A stretch of 63,920 nucleotides of DNA, the filler included, from Welwitschia mirabilis (Eukaryota), in assembly GCA_051453625.1 (NCBI GenBank). It is 4 parts of one record of this genome, joined end to end, with 100 filler letters (N's around TTAATTAATTAA, not from the genome) between each part and the next. Parts side by side here need not be neighbours in the genome. Positions count along the whole stretch, not along the records: positions 1 to 21,032 come from JBOZIK010000001.1; positions 21,133 to 45,638 come from JBOZIK010000001.1; 2 more parts are not named here. One strand, written 5' to 3'. Each line of letters begins with the position of its first letter. Positions within the stretch are counted from its first letter, which is position 1. Made by a program: the position numbers and the translations under genes. Of the stretch, positions 12,895-27,450 are shown piece by piece. The notes under the pieces were generated by a model. The model was given only the letters and a program-made list of their open reading frames with translations. It was not told the DNA's origin and searched no databases.

Positions 12895-13986
12895 TGTTGT
12901 AGTACATATTTATGTAATGTTTACATCTTGAGTAGAATCCTATTAATCACAAATAATAATGTAGAAACACAACATATTAATATAGATAGGAGTTGACCAG
13001 AATGTCGTAATCCATCGAAGGCCAAAGTAGGAAATAAGAGAGTTGATTTCAAAAAAGAAACACAGGTAACCTAATCTATAAAAATAACTTGCAATGCATG
13101 AAAATAAAATGAAATACACTTGTGCAAAGATAATCTATGTAAAGGAAATAACAATTCACTTAACGTAAACTAACAAAGCATAACCTTAACAAAGATTGCT
13201 CTCATAATCTATATCACAAGAGAAACTATCATCGGATCTCAAGAAACATAAGCTATGAGGGAAAGGATCATTCACACACTAAAGCATAAAAAGAAAATGT
13301 TTTATATTAGAAATCATACTGCATCTGTATTACAAAGTATTCACACCTCAATAAAAGAAATATCATCCTACACCAAGAAAACATCTCTCTGGAACTATAA
13401 GATGGTTCTCTAGACCTTTGATATTCTGTCACAAGAACTTTATATGCAAATGAAGACTAAGAGTAGTCCAGGGGAAGATCTCTACTTATTGACTAAAGAC
13501 ATAAAATAGTACAAATAGAAAAGCATGGTAAACCATAATGATCGCGCAGAGAGAAATGAAAATAGAAGTGTTGAAATTTTAGTAAATGTTCAGTATGAGC
13601 GTTATAATAATGTCATCTAGTTGATTGTCCATATGATAAAGAAGATGATGCCACCTCATAATCGATTCATATCAGCTGTTAGTTAGATCTCAGTTGGCAT
13701 CCAGTTAGCATAGTCATTTGTACTATCATTTGAATGATTAGATGGACAATGGCCTTCACTAATTCTTTAGTTATTACATTATCCTTGATGTTTACAAGAA
13801 GTTATCATCAGAATATAAAGTATTCATATTTTCTTAGAATACATTTGAATTATCATGGAGATTGCACATTTTAATCCTTTTCATACTAACTCTCTATTGT
13901 TAGGGAAACCAAGCATTTACTTGTCTATTTACCTATAAAACAGCTCAGAATACCCTATCAAATATGTGTAAGTTGATATTACAACA
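12895..13986 (-). repeat. Athila-like LTR (about 1.1 kb)
   Basis: TG..CA termini (tgttgt...acaaca). Similar to 18829-20066, 27941-29054 and the reverse complement of 58527-59788. Confidence 0.75.
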
Positions 13987-15912
13987 ACATATCTATCCTA
14001 AATTTAAACCTAGAGAACCCTCATAAAAGAGATCATAAAATCACCTTATTAACAATGCATGACATAATACAAAAACTTCATAAAGTACCACTCAAATAGG
14101 TAGTGACTATGGTGATGCTAAGTAATTAATATTTTCAAATAAGAAATGTTTTCAAATATTGAATGATAAAATTAAAAGCTACTTAGAAATGGACTCACTT
14201 GCTCACACCCCAACACACACCCAAATTCTTAAAAGTAAAATGATCATGTAGAAACACTATAAGTTGAATGCGTCTTGAAAATAAGAAATGCCTCTGATGA
14301 TACTAAGAACATCACTGATCACATAGCCTTAAGTATTTATTATTAATCCATGATGAGAGGAGTGCAACCACAGTCAGAGAAGTAAAAATCCATGAAGCAT
14401 GGTCAATTGACCTCCCAATAGAGTTCTCATAACTACTAATACTATCAAAGATCCCTCTTGAGAAAATTCACCCTAGTGTAATAGGATGTCATGGTGATCA
14501 TGTATTTGCATAGAAATAATAGATAATGATAATTATTCCTTTTTTAGTACTTCTCAAAATAAATTTCACATAACCACACACTTTCAAAGATGAAGGTAAA
14601 GAACTGAGATGAAAAATAAGAAAGAACATCCCAAACAATTAAAGACTTATACCATTGAGAGAAAACACAAAAAAGTAAAGCATCTTCCTTGAAAATGAAG
14701 TTCATAAATATTTGAATGTCTTAAAATTCAATAAATCCAACATTATCACTTTGAAATGACTAAGTAATAATTACTATTCATGCTAACTTTATAAAGTAAA
14801 ATAATAGTTAATTTTTAAATATGTCTAATTGATAGCATGATATCCACCAAAAGAATTAGCAAAGAAATAATTTACACAATAGTAGAAGAACTTTCAAAAT
14901 AATTGCTTATACCATGTTCAAGGTTTAATGGCTTATGAATGTTTATCCCTTGTCCTTGTTTTTTAATTTTCCTAATGTTCAATTTAGAAACCTCAACTAA
15001 AACATTAAAAATGTACTCTCTCTAAAAACCAAGGACAAAAATCATAATAACATAAAATCCAAGGAAATACCAAAGAAAATTAAAAAAATAAGTTTTATTT
15101 AGATCCTAAAGTCTACTCAATACTTTATTTATAAGAAAGAAAAAGAAAACTTTATTTTCATAATGCTATGATCCTAGGGTGATTTACTTTCTTGGAAAAA
15201 TGAGGATCAAATCAAAAAGAGACCAATTAATAACACATAAAAGGTACATATGCATGATAAGATATCATTTTAACATTACAAAATTGATTTGCAATATTAA
15301 AGATAAAGCATTTAAATAGTTTATGAAAGAATAATCTCTTATCAGATGCATAGTATAAAGAATTTCAATTATAAATTTCATCTAAAGATTGATATTAAGA
15401 ATTAAAAAAATTAATGTTGCTATTAGGAATCAAAAAATTTAGAGAAAGATTCTTAAGATAAACGAATAACATAGGTTTAATATACTTAAGAAGTCTTGTA
15501 AACTTTAGTTTTAAATATGAATTATCAAAAATATAAGTTTTTCTAAAATTTAAAAGTTCAATATATCCCAAGTCATACTCTAAAAATAGTTATCATTAGA
15601 GGCATAAGCTAAAGTGGACTTGGTAGAAAATGAAAGGATGTTTCTTTAAGTGTTTTTAAAAGAATATAATGAAGGAACATGGATAGACTCTTTAGTTTTA
15701 ATTACTATATTAGAAAAGATAAAAAGATAAGTCTACTTTTTATTAAGTTTGGTATAAATTTTATAGGTTCTTTATTATTCCTCCTCTCCTCATTATTCCC
15801 TTTGTTTTATATGTTGAATCGTTTTTATATTTTTTAATCAGTAACTATATCTTTTCTTTTTTTAGTATTTTTATTTTATTTTGTTAAAATTTTGATTTTT
15901 TTTTTTTTACTA

Positions 15913-18430
15913 TCATCCGATACTATGTCTAGATGACTTAAGTGGACAATGATATTTATAAGAGAATTTTTCCATTAAGTTCACATGTTGGACTTGGTTT
16001 CTATTAACAGATTTCACTTCTTCATCCTCATAATTAAAACTATTTATTTTTGTTGGATTATTATGAAAAATTAACTCTTGTAGCATTCTCATTCTCTCTT
16101 GACCTAGGTGATGTTGTACGAATAAAGTTGGTTTACCTCTTTGTTCCAAGTTTTCCTCATCATCCATATCTTTCTCTATAGATTGAAACTCTGATAGTGT
16201 ACTTCTTATTACCAATGTGACATTTCATTAATCTAGTTTGTGTGTCTATGATGTAGTGGACGGCTATACAAAAGGCTCTTCTTAGAAGTAGTGGGTAACT
16301 TCCATCATGTTATAGTTCAATTATAACCACATATATGGGTCTAAGGCTTCTTCTATTTAGATAACTAAGTTTTTAATGATCCCTGTGGGTTTCCTAGTTA
16401 ATGTATTAACTAATTCTAAGGTGATTTGTATAGATTCAATTATTTTTTCTAACCCAAGTCTTTTACATATGTGAAAAGCCATAATGTTTACACTTTATCC
16501 TATGTCAATTAAAGCTTTTCTAATTTTCTTATTCCCTTCTAAAGTAATACTAGTTGTAGCTGTCTCAATCTCTTTAAATTTAGAAGTCTTATTTATGAAT
16601 AAGTTTAAAATAGATTTTGCAAAGAAAACTCTGCTAGGTATAGTATGTTTTTATTTTATTTTAACTAGTCTTTCCACAACTTAGCATACTTAGGATTTTC
16701 TTGCAAGAGTTTTTGAAAGGATAAATTAATATTAACATCTTGCATTAAGGCTATTAAATAATTAGTAAAAGTAGGATTGGTTTTTAATCTATCAAGTGAA
16801 GGATTAGCTTATCTTTTCTTTTGTTATCTGAAATTGAAAGAAAATTATATGTTTCTAAGATTTCTATATCATCCTATTCCTTACCTTTTTCATCATTTTT
16901 GGAAGTTGGAGACTCATAGATAGGTGGTATTGTATCAATTACTTTAAAATCTCTTTTTACTTTATTTGGTTTTAAAAAAGTTTGAGTTGTAAGAGATTCT
17001 TATGCTCTTTGATTACCCTAACATTATTTGCGGGAATACATTAATTAAATTTTCAATGTTTGTGTTATTTTTTCTTAGTCTTTTAATAACTAATTCATTC
17101 TGATTTTATTGAAAATTTGAGGATCTTGAATTATTTGGTTGAGAGCTTAAGTTCTTAAACCTATTCTGAAAAGATTTTCAATTTGATTGTCCACTTATTC
17201 CTTTTTGATATTACATTTGATTTTCAAAGCTTTAAGGCCTTAGTTAAATGCATATATTTCTTTGAACATTTTCTCTTTACATCTTGATAACAAGAGACAT
17301 TATTTTATTGGATGAGAGTTATCTTTGCATATATCATATGTTGATATTACATCCTTTTCAATTGCTATGTTTACATCTAGAATCATTTGAGTGTATTTTC
17401 CTAAAAAATTAGTAAAATCCTTAATCAAATTGGTCGAATTATTTTGTTCTTCCTCCTTATCATTTTTTACTTCTTTTAAGTATTTTATAATTTAACCTAT
17501 AGTTAAATTATCTTTAAAAGTTGATTTAGGCCAAGTTTGACCAATTATAATAAGATCTTTCAATAATGTCTATAAATTATCTAAGTCTAAGTTCATCAAG
17601 TTGCCACCATAAGAAAGATCTACAAGTTGTTTGTTTCCCTATGCAATGCACTTTAAAAAATGATCTATTAATTTTTCTTTAGGCAATTCTTAATAGGATT
17701 TAAATGAGTAGCTATAATAAAACATTCATATGTTGTGGCATAATCCTCATTATGTTGTTGTTAAATGTTTGTAACTTCTTTTCTTATTTTTTACATTATG
17801 CTCTCACTCATGAATCTTTGATTAAAATCTTCTTGTAGTTGACTTTAGGTTTTAGAACTTTTATGAGATATGGTTTTAAGTGAAAGTTTTACTTTGTCTA
17901 TAAGTGTGATAGCAAAGATGATCATGTAAGTTCTATCACTAATTCATTTTTTTCCATTTCTAAAGTGAACATAATTATTCTATGTTGACAAGATGTTGAA
18001 AAGGATCTTTATTATGTTATTCTGAAGATATTGGATATATGTTCAAGTTCTTTAATTCTACATCATCATTAAGAGTTAAGTTAAAATGGTTTTGGATTTT
18101 ACATTTCTATTGGCAATTAAATCCTCAAGTAAAAAGTTTATGTTTTCATTATAATTTATATTAGAAGTTTCTATCATGATTGGAGTGTTAGATGATGCTA
18201 CTTATTTTTGTTCTTGTATTGTATTTAAATTAAATAAAGAAAATGATTTGCTTCTACACTATTGCTTCTTTTAAAAAATCATATTCTAAAATAATGAAAT
18301 ATTTTTTTTAATTCTTGGAATTCTTTGCATACCTTGGGTATGCATACTTGGGTTAAGCTTGAAATCAACTAGACCTTCTCTTATATTTTTCTCAATCAAG
18401 CTTCACTCCCTTAGATACTTCATATGTATG
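15913..18430 (-). pseudogene. gag-protease remnant (element B)
   Basis: Homologous to element A gag (QNHFNLTLNDDVELKNL near 18050-18100) and protease (KALIDIG*SVNIMAFHICKRLGL near 16450-16520). ORF 15913-16215 is the post-protease tail. Confidence 0.7.
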
Positions 18431-18806
18431 TTTAATAATGTGTCTATAATTATCGTCTTTGTCATTTTCTGGACAATATCTTGGATGATTACTTTACAAA
18501 AAACAAAAAATAGAAAATAGAAAAAAATAGAGACAAAACCATAATAAAAACTGACAGTCATTCGCCCATGTCATCTGAATGACAAAGGATATGATATCAA
18601 CCTATTAGGCAATAGAAAACCAATAACAAAATGCTATAAAAAAATTCTTAAAAAAACCCTAACCTTAGACCATGATTCATTTATGTCATCTGTATGATAG
18701 ATAGGATAATGAAATGTTTTTTGTAGAATGAAAAATTAAACAACTATAGAAAGAAAAATTGTGGTATTTACAGTAAAAATATAACACTACTACACTCCTT
18801 GCAGTC

Positions 18807-18825
18807 TTTCCTAGGAATGGTGCTA
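18807..18825 (-). other. Primer-binding site, decayed tRNA-Asp type (element B)
   Basis: Minus strand reads TAGCACCATTCCTAGGAAA, adjacent to the LTR edge at 18829, in the same context as 12062-12080. Confidence 0.6.
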
Positions 18826-18828
18826 AGA

Positions 18829-20066
18829 TGTTGTGGTGCATATTTATGCAATTATTATGTCTTTCATCAAATCCTGTCAATCACAAATACTTGTATAAAT
18901 ACAACATACTAATATAGATAAGAGTTAATTTAAATATTATAATTTGTCAAATGTGCTAAGCTCAAAGCTAGAGAATTCATTTAAGAGATGTACTTTTGTA
19001 TTTTTCTTTTAGATTTAATAATGAAAATAATAATGTAAGAAATTAAACATACTAGCCAATGAAAACTACTCTAAATGTAATATCTATCTAATTCTCAAAT
19101 CTTTATTATCAATATCAGCCTTGTATAATCAAGATTAATCAAGAAAACTATTGCTAACCCTAACTAACCTAAGCTATCAAGTACATTGAATAGAATATGG
19201 AAAACATAAAATGATTAAGCTAGGAAATATAAAATGCAATTTAATACAATCCCTAAACTAATGATTTCAATCTTAACAAAGGTTGCCCTTGATGACCTAT
19301 ATCAATTATGAAACTATTATGAGATCATAATCAACATAAATCATAAAGGAATTGCACATGAATAAAACTATTAAAAGATTTTTATTATTTTCAAACCAGC
19401 ATTCTATTACAAAGCAATATCACCTCAATGAAGAAGACACAATCTAACACCAAGGAAGAATCCTCTCTATAATTAATGAGTGGACTCCTATCGTTTAAGC
19501 TCTTGTCACAAGAATTTCTAGTGTAAAGAAGATGATCAAAGTTGAGGGCAAAAATAGTATTTATTTATAACAATAGAGTCTAAAAATAGCAAATATAATA
19601 AATTTAATAGAAATCCCAAAAATAGATAGGAGGCACATAACACATTGCACAAGTTTGGTGAAGTTTGATACATTAGCTAATTTTAGGTATCATCTTGATT
19701 TTTATTTGAATAATGGTAAAGATGATGTCACATTAAGAGAATTTTCATATTTAGCTTCCATCTTCGGTACAGTCGGCATCCTTATGAGCATACAGTTGGT
19801 ATCATCTATCTTATTATCTAGATAATAGGTAGGAGGATAGTATTTTTAAAGGTTAAGTAATATTAGCCTTGTAGATCACTAACTTTTTCTCAAAATGTGA
19901 AGTATCATAAATCATCCAAAATTCCTTCAAATATGCTATTGATTATGCATTTCTATGATTTTCTCCTTGACTCTCAATATTTATTGTGTTCTAATTAAAC
20001 CTGTCTAAATGTCCTATAAAACTACTTAAAATACCCTATTAAAACATACAATTTGGCATCATAATA
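18829..20066 (-). repeat. 5' LTR of element B
   Basis: Starts tgttgtggtgcatattt next to the PBS and ends atttggcatcataata, matching the other family LTR ends. Confidence 0.7.
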
Positions 20067-20069
20067 GTG

Positions 20070-21032
20070 TGCATCAATAATGATGTTACTTATACAAAGT
20101 CCAATTTATTCATTTTAAGTCCACATCCTTCAAACTCATATAGGACGTTTAATAAGATCTAATATAATTTTTCCATTTTCTCCCCTTTTGAATAGCATCA
20201 AAAGAAGTAGTTACTAAGAGTAAAATCACTAGTGTATCAAGTGTCATCTCCTACATCATTGCTATCATTGTCACTATCCTTAGTGGTAGAGATTTGGATG
20301 GTGCATGAAAAAGATGGTGGGGGTAGAGATGTATGCTACTTTCTTGATGGTTGCTATGATGGCTTATCTTAAACTTAAGAGACCTATTTTATCATATGTA
20401 AGTACATCTATTTTTTATTATTTCACTTGTTAAATATTTTGTATTATCATGTGGATGGGTTAGTACAATAACATCAAACCTTGATAGGCACTAGATAATG
20501 ATGAATCTCCAGAGATAAAATCTCACAAAAAGGATCAGATATTAAATATCAAAATCAATTATTTAAAGATGTCTAGAAAATTAAAGACATCTAAATTGAA
20601 GATATCTTACATGTACTAGAATACAAGTAATAGACTACGACTATTATATTTAAGATGACTGAGCTGAAAATTAAACCAAACATAGATGAAGACCTCTACA
20701 TAATTAAAGACATTTATACTAAGCTAAAATAGGTAACAGAGTTAAAGATACCTTTAACTAAGATCTTACATTTTAGATAACCCATCAAATTGTACATTAC
20801 AAATTAATGATCACAAAGGCCTAAAGATATTATAGAGAAAATTTCATCAAAACTTGAACAAGTTGACTAAAGATGTCCTATAAGATAAAGATGTCTAACT
20901 ATTAGTAGACATCTAAAAAAGTGAAGACATCTCAAATCAAAGTTTACATCATTTAAAACTAAAGTTATGCATCTAATGCCTAGATGTCTCTTATTCATTA
21001 TGTGGTGGTTACAAATTTAAATAGCTATCTTT
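20070..21032. mobile_element. Sirevirus-like (copia) remnants: minus-strand PPT signature plus an LTR-like tract of AGACGTCT-derived palindromes
   Basis: tttctcccctttt-type tract near 20177 reads AAAAGGGGGAGAAA-like on the minus strand. About 12 AGATGTCT/AGACATCT/AGATATCT variants lie between 20565 and 20990. Confidence 0.4.
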
Positions 21033-21132
21033 NNNNNNNNNNNNNNNNNNNNNNNNNNNNNNNNNNNNNNNNNNNNTTAATTAATTAANNNNNNNNNNNN
21101 NNNNNNNNNNNNNNNNNNNNNNNNNNNNNNNN
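21033..21132. other. Artificial scaffold linker N44-TTAATTAATTAA-N44
   Basis: Exactly 44 N, a 12-bp all-frame stop linker (21077-21088), then 44 N. Identical construct at 45639 and 62398. Confidence 0.97.
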
Positions 21133-24100
21133 CTCTCTTGATAATCTATATCACCCAAGAAATTGTCACTAGATCAAGGGAAACATAGACTATAAGGGTA
21201 ATCAGAAAATATAACATACACATAAAATAAGGTTTATATTAAGAAAGAGTAAGAAGCATCTTGGTTACAAAATAGTCGGGTCTAAATGGTAGACGCAGTT
21301 ACACACACTCATAAATGGAATGGATGAAATCGTTAAGGATCATTGTTAGAGTTAGTTATATATTAGTGTCATCCTAACTATCATCTGAATGACATGGGGA
21401 ATGATAGTTCATTACAAAAGATGAATCAGAATGATGACTTAACTATGATTCAGTAGTTCACATCAGCAGTCGTTGTCCTGCTTATCATGAGGATGGCAGA
21501 AGAGATGACGGTCTTCTTTGATCATTTTATTGAAGAGGACTTAGCCTTTTCGTTAATAATCCTTCTTCAAAGATTTGTGCATCAGGAAGTACCTTTAATA
21601 CATTAATTTTAGATAAGAAATGCACATTTCCGAGATTTCCTCTTATATCTCCAAAATCCTCAGAATTGCACTTAAAACTATATAAAAGTCCTATAAAACA
21701 ACTCATAAAATCCCATTAAGTAACCACAAATTGGCAGTGCAACATAACCCCCAACTTAGCCTTTATCAGTCCTTGACAAAAATTAGGCGGAAAAACTATA
21801 ATTGTGAGCTAATTTATTTTTTCAAAAGATAAATTTAGAAGTTATAAAATAGGCTCATAAAACACATTATATAAATAAATGACAAGTAATGCATAATGTG
21901 TATTTAAATTTAAAAATTTTATTTCATGAAAGCACTGAATTAAGTTAAAACTTTTTGAAAATGAGCCATGTAAATGGATCTCTACCCCTCTAAAGAAAAA
22001 GTAATATATCCTATATTAGAAAATAAAGCAAAAAAAGTAAACAGAAGTGAAAAGGCAGATAAAAGAGGACAACTTTATGAAGTATAAAGCTAAGTAATGT
22101 TAGATTTAAAAAATATAGATCTATGAAATATTATGACAAGTAAAGAAAAAGAGTGGATAATAAAAATATTGTCACAAAAAGAATATAAGTAGTGCTTACA
22201 ATACTAAAAATCTAAAGAAAACACTTATCTAAATAAGAATTTATCTTTTATTGAAAACTTAAATAAGGAAAATAGACTAAACAATTATGATAATGACTTT
22301 GAAATAACTAACAAAACCATAAAAGAAAATAAGAAGAATGGGCATAAGATAACAGAAACAAAAGATAGCTTACTGATCTGATAGTCTAACCTAGCAGACT
22401 CCCATGAAAGAAATTATAATATTACTTAATGTCGAAAATGCATGACTTAATGTACAAAAATTCCATTCGATAAGGCAATGATTATGATGATGCTAGAGAA
22501 AAATGCTTTAAACAATGAATTATTAGACTAAAGAATTACTCAAAAAGAAACTATCCTATTGTCATCTTACAACAAACATCTAAATCTTAAGAAATGAAAT
22601 GATCATGTGGAAAGACTAAGAGTTTAAGAAACAAGTGATGCCTATGATGATACCAAGAATACCACTAATCCCATAGCCTTAAAGTTTAAATACAATTTTA
22701 TTATCCATGATGAGGGGAATGCAACCATAGTTAGAGAAGTAAAGACTCATGAAGCATGGCCAATTGACTTCTCATTGGAGTTTTCACAGCTACCATNNNN
22801 NNNNNNNNNNNNNNNNNNNNNNNNNNNNNNNNNNNNNNNNNNNNNNNNNNNNNNNNNNNNNNNNNNNNNNNNNNNNNNNNNNNNNNNNNNNNNNNNNNNN
22901 NNNNNNNNNNNNNNNNNNNNNNNNNNNNNNNNNNNNNNNNNNNNNNNNNNNNNNNNNNNNNNNNNNNNNNNNNNNNNNNNNNNNNNNNNNNNNNNNNNNN
23001 NNNNNNNNNNNNNNNNNNNNNNNNNNNNNNNNNNNNNNNNNNNNNNNNNNNNNNNNNNNNNNNNNNNNNNNNNNNNNNNNNNNNNNNNNNNNNNNNNNNN
23101 NNNNNNNNNNNNNNNNNNNNNNNNNNNNNNNNNNNNNNNNNNNNNNNNNNNNNNNNNNNNNNNNNNNNNNNNNNNNNNNNNNNNNNNNNNNNNNNNNNNN
23201 NNNNNNNNNNNNNNNNNNNNNNNNNNNNNNNNNNNNNNNNNNNNNNNNNNNNNNNNNNNNNNNNNNNNNNNNNNNNNNNNNNNNNNNNNNNNNNNNNNNN
23301 NNNNNNNNNNNNNNNNNNNNNNNNNNNNNNNNNNNNNNNNNNNNNNNNNNNNNNNNNNNNNNNNNNNNNNNNNNNNNNNNNNNNNNNNNNNNNNNNNNNN
23401 NNNNNNNNNNNNNNNNNNNNNNNNNNNNNNNNNNNNNNNNNNNNNNNNNNNNNNNNNNNNNNNNNNNNNNNNNNNNNNNNNNNNNNNNGTATTACATTAT
23501 GGTGACCATGTTTTTGATATATTACAAATATAGAATATAATGGTCTTTATTTCACTCTCTCTTTATTTATTTTTTTTATGATAAACAAAACAACAAATCC
23601 ACATGACCAAACACTCCAAAAAATAAAGGTGAATGTCATAAGACTAAGACAGAAAAGAACACTCTTTAACAATTTAAGATCTTTTCACCATTGAGAAAAA
23701 CATCAAAAAATAAAGCATTTTTCTTCAATTGAAGTTCATGGACATGTGAATGTCCAAGATTGGGTGAATCTAATCTTACCAATGAAATGCCCAAGTCAAA
23801 ATACTAATCATGGAAAAAACATAAATCATGTTTAAAAGATGATCAAGTAATGCCACAATAATCTTCCAAAGGAAGAAGCTAAGAGAAAATTCAAACGGTT
23901 TTCTTACGTAATTCCAAATTTTGCCCATTTACTTCCTGCAATTCTTAAGCAGTCAATTCAGAAATATTAACAGAGTCATAAAAATGTATTTTCTCAAATA
24001 ACAAAAAATAAAAATCAATATTTTATTGACTATTATCCTGCTCATCATCTAGATGATAGAGAGGACGACAGAGGCAAAGAAAAGAAAATTATTAAAAAAC

Positions 24101-24599
24101 ACAAAAAAATATCAAAAAGCTAAAAAACTTAACAAACCTAACTGTCGTCCACCTTGTCATGGAAACAACAGAGAAAATGATAATTTATTATTGTAGAAAA
24201 TAGAAAATAGAAATTACAAACAAAAAGAAAAACTAAAAATAAAAAATGGAAACAGAGACTCTCAAAATAGAAAACTAAAAATAAAATAGCAAAAGAAACA
24301 GATTTTATTCAATTCCTAAATCTAAAGCCCTTTTTTATTGGAAATCAAGGAGGGAAAATTAAGGATCTATTTTAGTCTCACAATTTCTAGAGAAATAAGG
24401 TCCAAATCACAAATTTACCAATTAATAAAACATAATAGATGTGCAATTATTTTCAAGTAAAATCAATTGGATGAAGAAAAGAGTAATGAAGAGCACTCTA
24501 TGATACCACATTAGAGCAAAAATTTTGAAAGTTAAGGGAAAAGAAATGATAAATCTGGTAAAAGATTTTCATAAAATGCAAGAGTTTTAGTTTGAGCAT

Positions 24600-27450
24600 C
24601 ACAAGAAAAATTATATTTAAGTCCATTCATACAAATTCAAATTATGATTTGTAATTTATGGCTTATATGATGGACAATCTTCCTCATAATATTTCTTGAA
24701 AAGTTCAGCTTCTTTACACTTTAAAAGTTACATTTCTTCTTCATTCTTAAGTTGATCATTGCAAAGCACATACTCATTTAATTTTATCTCTCTTTTTTCA
24801 AGTGGGTGATATTATAGGAATAAAGTTTATTTGATATTGCTTTCAATGTTTATTTCATCATCATCTAAATCTTTCTTAGCTATATTAAATACTCTAATTG
24901 AAAATATTCTATTTTCAAAATGACATTTTCTTGTTCCTGCTTTTGTATCGATGATGCAGTGGGCTATTGCACAAAAAGCTCTACTTAAAAGTAAAGGGTA
25001 TCCTCTATTATTATTAACTTCTATAATGATCTCATATATGGGGTAGCAAGCCTCTTCAATTTAAATTGCCAAATCTTTAATGACACCTAACAGCTTCTTA
25101 ACTAAAATATCTACTAATTCTATGATAATCGGAGTAGGCTCTATTCTATCCTTCAAATCAAATCTCTTACAAATGTGAAGTGGCATAATGTTAATACTTG
25201 CTTAAATGTCTATTAAATCTTTTATGATCTTTTTATTTCCTTCTATAGTAACATTCATCATTGCTGCTCCTAAATATTTAAATTTGGGTGATTTTTATAA
25301 TACTATATTTGTGAGGGATTGAGCAAAAAAGACCTTACTAGGATAACTCATTTTTTTCTTCTTATTAGGTCTTTTCATAATTTTAAGTGCCCTCGGTTTT
25401 CTTGTAAAACTTTCCAAAAGGGTAAGTTTATGCTCATGTTTTTCATAAAAGCTTTTAAATGATCATTAAAAGTTGAATTATTGTTAAGCCTATCAAGCTA
25501 AGGGGTGGTTTGTTATGAAAGATTTTTCTTTTTCTTTTTGTCAAGAGAAGGAAAGTTATAATCTTTTAATATCTCTATGTCCTCTTCCTCTTCTTCATCA
25601 TCATTTTTAAATTTATTTTGAGAGGTGGAAGATTCATTTGGAGGAGGGTTTGTTTCTTGTCCACTTATTATCACAATCTTACAATCTTTTCTTAGATCAT
25701 TTGGGTTTAATAAAAGTTGTATTACTAAAGTTTCTTAAGGCCTTTGGTTTGCCAAAATTATTTGTTGAAAGATGTTTACCATGTTTTCTATGTTGGCATT
25801 TGTTTTTCTAAGTTCATTCGTAAGGTTTGTGAATTGATCATTTGGATATTGGAAGTTTATTAGTCCTGGATGAGAGTTTAAATTTTTGAATTGGTTTTTA
25901 AAAGGTTAAGAACTATTTTGAAAATGAATGTTCAACCTTGATTTTGCCTAATTTTGATTTCAGAAGTTTTAAGATGGTTGGTTAAAGTACAAACTTCTTT
26001 TTGAATTTTTTCTTTATATGTTGGCAAAAGAGGATAGTTTTTAATGATAGGATAATTATCCTCACATAAATCATAGGTTTGCACAACATTTCTTTATATT
26101 ACTATTTTGTCATCTAAGATCATTTCTACATATTCTTCAAGGTTGTTCTAAATTCTATTATAGAATCTATAGGATTTGATTCTACCTATTTTTGTTATTT
26201 AATCTCATTTAATTCTTTGATAAGTTGTCCTATAGTTGGATTTTCTTTAGGATTTGACTAAGCTTGACTTACTTCCATAAGCTCTTTTAATTCTGTCTAG
26301 GCATCATTTAATGTAAGGTTCATAAGGTTTCCTCTACAAGAAAAATCTACAAGTTGTTTTGTGTGTGGAATTAACCCACTATAAAAGTAGTCTATTAATT
26401 TTATTGGTGAAAAAGTGTCTACTAGATTAAAATGGTAGGCTATAAAGAAACACTCATATGTAAAGACATAGTCTTCATTTAGTTTTTGTTGAAAATTAAT
26501 TACCTCATTTTTTTTCTTTTTCTTATAGTTTCTTCACTCATAANNNNNNNNNNNNNNNNNNNNNNNNNNNNNNNNNNNNNNNNNNNNNNNNNNNNNNNNN
26601 NNNNNNNNNNNNNNNNNNNNNNNNNNNNNNNNNNNNNNNNNNNNNNNNNNNNNNNNNNNNNTTTAGGATTTGACTAAGCTTGACTTACTTCCATAAGCTC
26701 TTTTAATTTTGTCTAGGCATCATTTAATGTAAGGTTCATAAGGTTTCCTCTACAAGAAAAATCTACAAGTTGTTTCGTGTGTGGAATTAACCCACTATAA
26801 AAGTAGTCTATTAATTTTATTGGTGAAAAAGTGTCTACTAAATTAAAATGGTAGGCTATAAAGAAACACTCATATGTAGAGACATAGTCTTCATTTAGTT
26901 TTTGTTGAAAATTGATTACCTCATTTTTTTCTTTTTCTTATAGTTTCTTCACTCATAAATATCTTTTCAAAGGTTTTCCAAACTTAATCCATGTTTTTAA
27001 GCTTTTGTGGGGTATGGTTTTTAGCCAATTTTTCTCTTTGATTATCATATATGTTCTATTAGTTTTTTTTTTTTTTTTTTGCCCATTTCTTAAGATAAGG
27101 ATTAGTTGTTAAATTTCTGTAATGTNNNNNNNNNNAGATCAAAAGGAGTTGAAATTTCTCATTTCTTGTTGGCTAACAATTCTATAAGGGTAAGGTTTAC
27201 ATTAGGGGTAGAAGATCCTATAACTTATTTTTACTTATAGAAGGTATTTGATATTGTGAATTAGTTCTCTCCTTCTATAGGGTTTTTGTAAAGAAAATCT
27301 GACTTAGTAAAAATAAATTTGGAAGGAGTTTTGAGTGCACCTAGAGATCACTTTTCTAATTCATTTTATATATTTATCAATCCTTCTTTAATGTTTTGTT
27401 CTATCAGTAGCCTTAATCTTTAATATTTCTTCTCTAGATTGACCATATTA
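24600..27450 (-). pseudogene. gag-protease remnant (element C)
   Basis: Protease reads LIDI*ASINIMPLHICKRFDL near 25160-25220 and YPLLLSRAF near 24975-25000. gag reads YFYSGLIPHTKQLVDFSCRGNLMNL (about 26315-26390). Confidence 0.75.

Larger units (their letters stand above)
12895..20066 (-). mobile_element. Non-autonomous Athila-like element B (LTR, PBS, gag, protease, non-coding, LTR; no RT/RH/INT)
   Basis: Related LTRs at 12895-13986 (tgttgtagtacatattt..acaaca) and 18829-20066 (tgttgtggtgcatattt..cataata). PBS at 18807-18825; gag/PR at about 16230-18430. No PPT next to the left LTR and no TSD, so the LTR pairing is not proven. Confidence 0.6.

Noticed and set aside
21077-21088. Perfect palindrome TTAATTAATTAA recurring three times (also 45683 and 62442)
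   Set aside because: Always centred in exactly 44+44 N, so it is an artificial all-frame stop linker, not biology.
22749-23540. Longest ORFs in the track (263 and 252 aa) and other X-rich ORFs
   Set aside because: They are open only because they run through N gaps.
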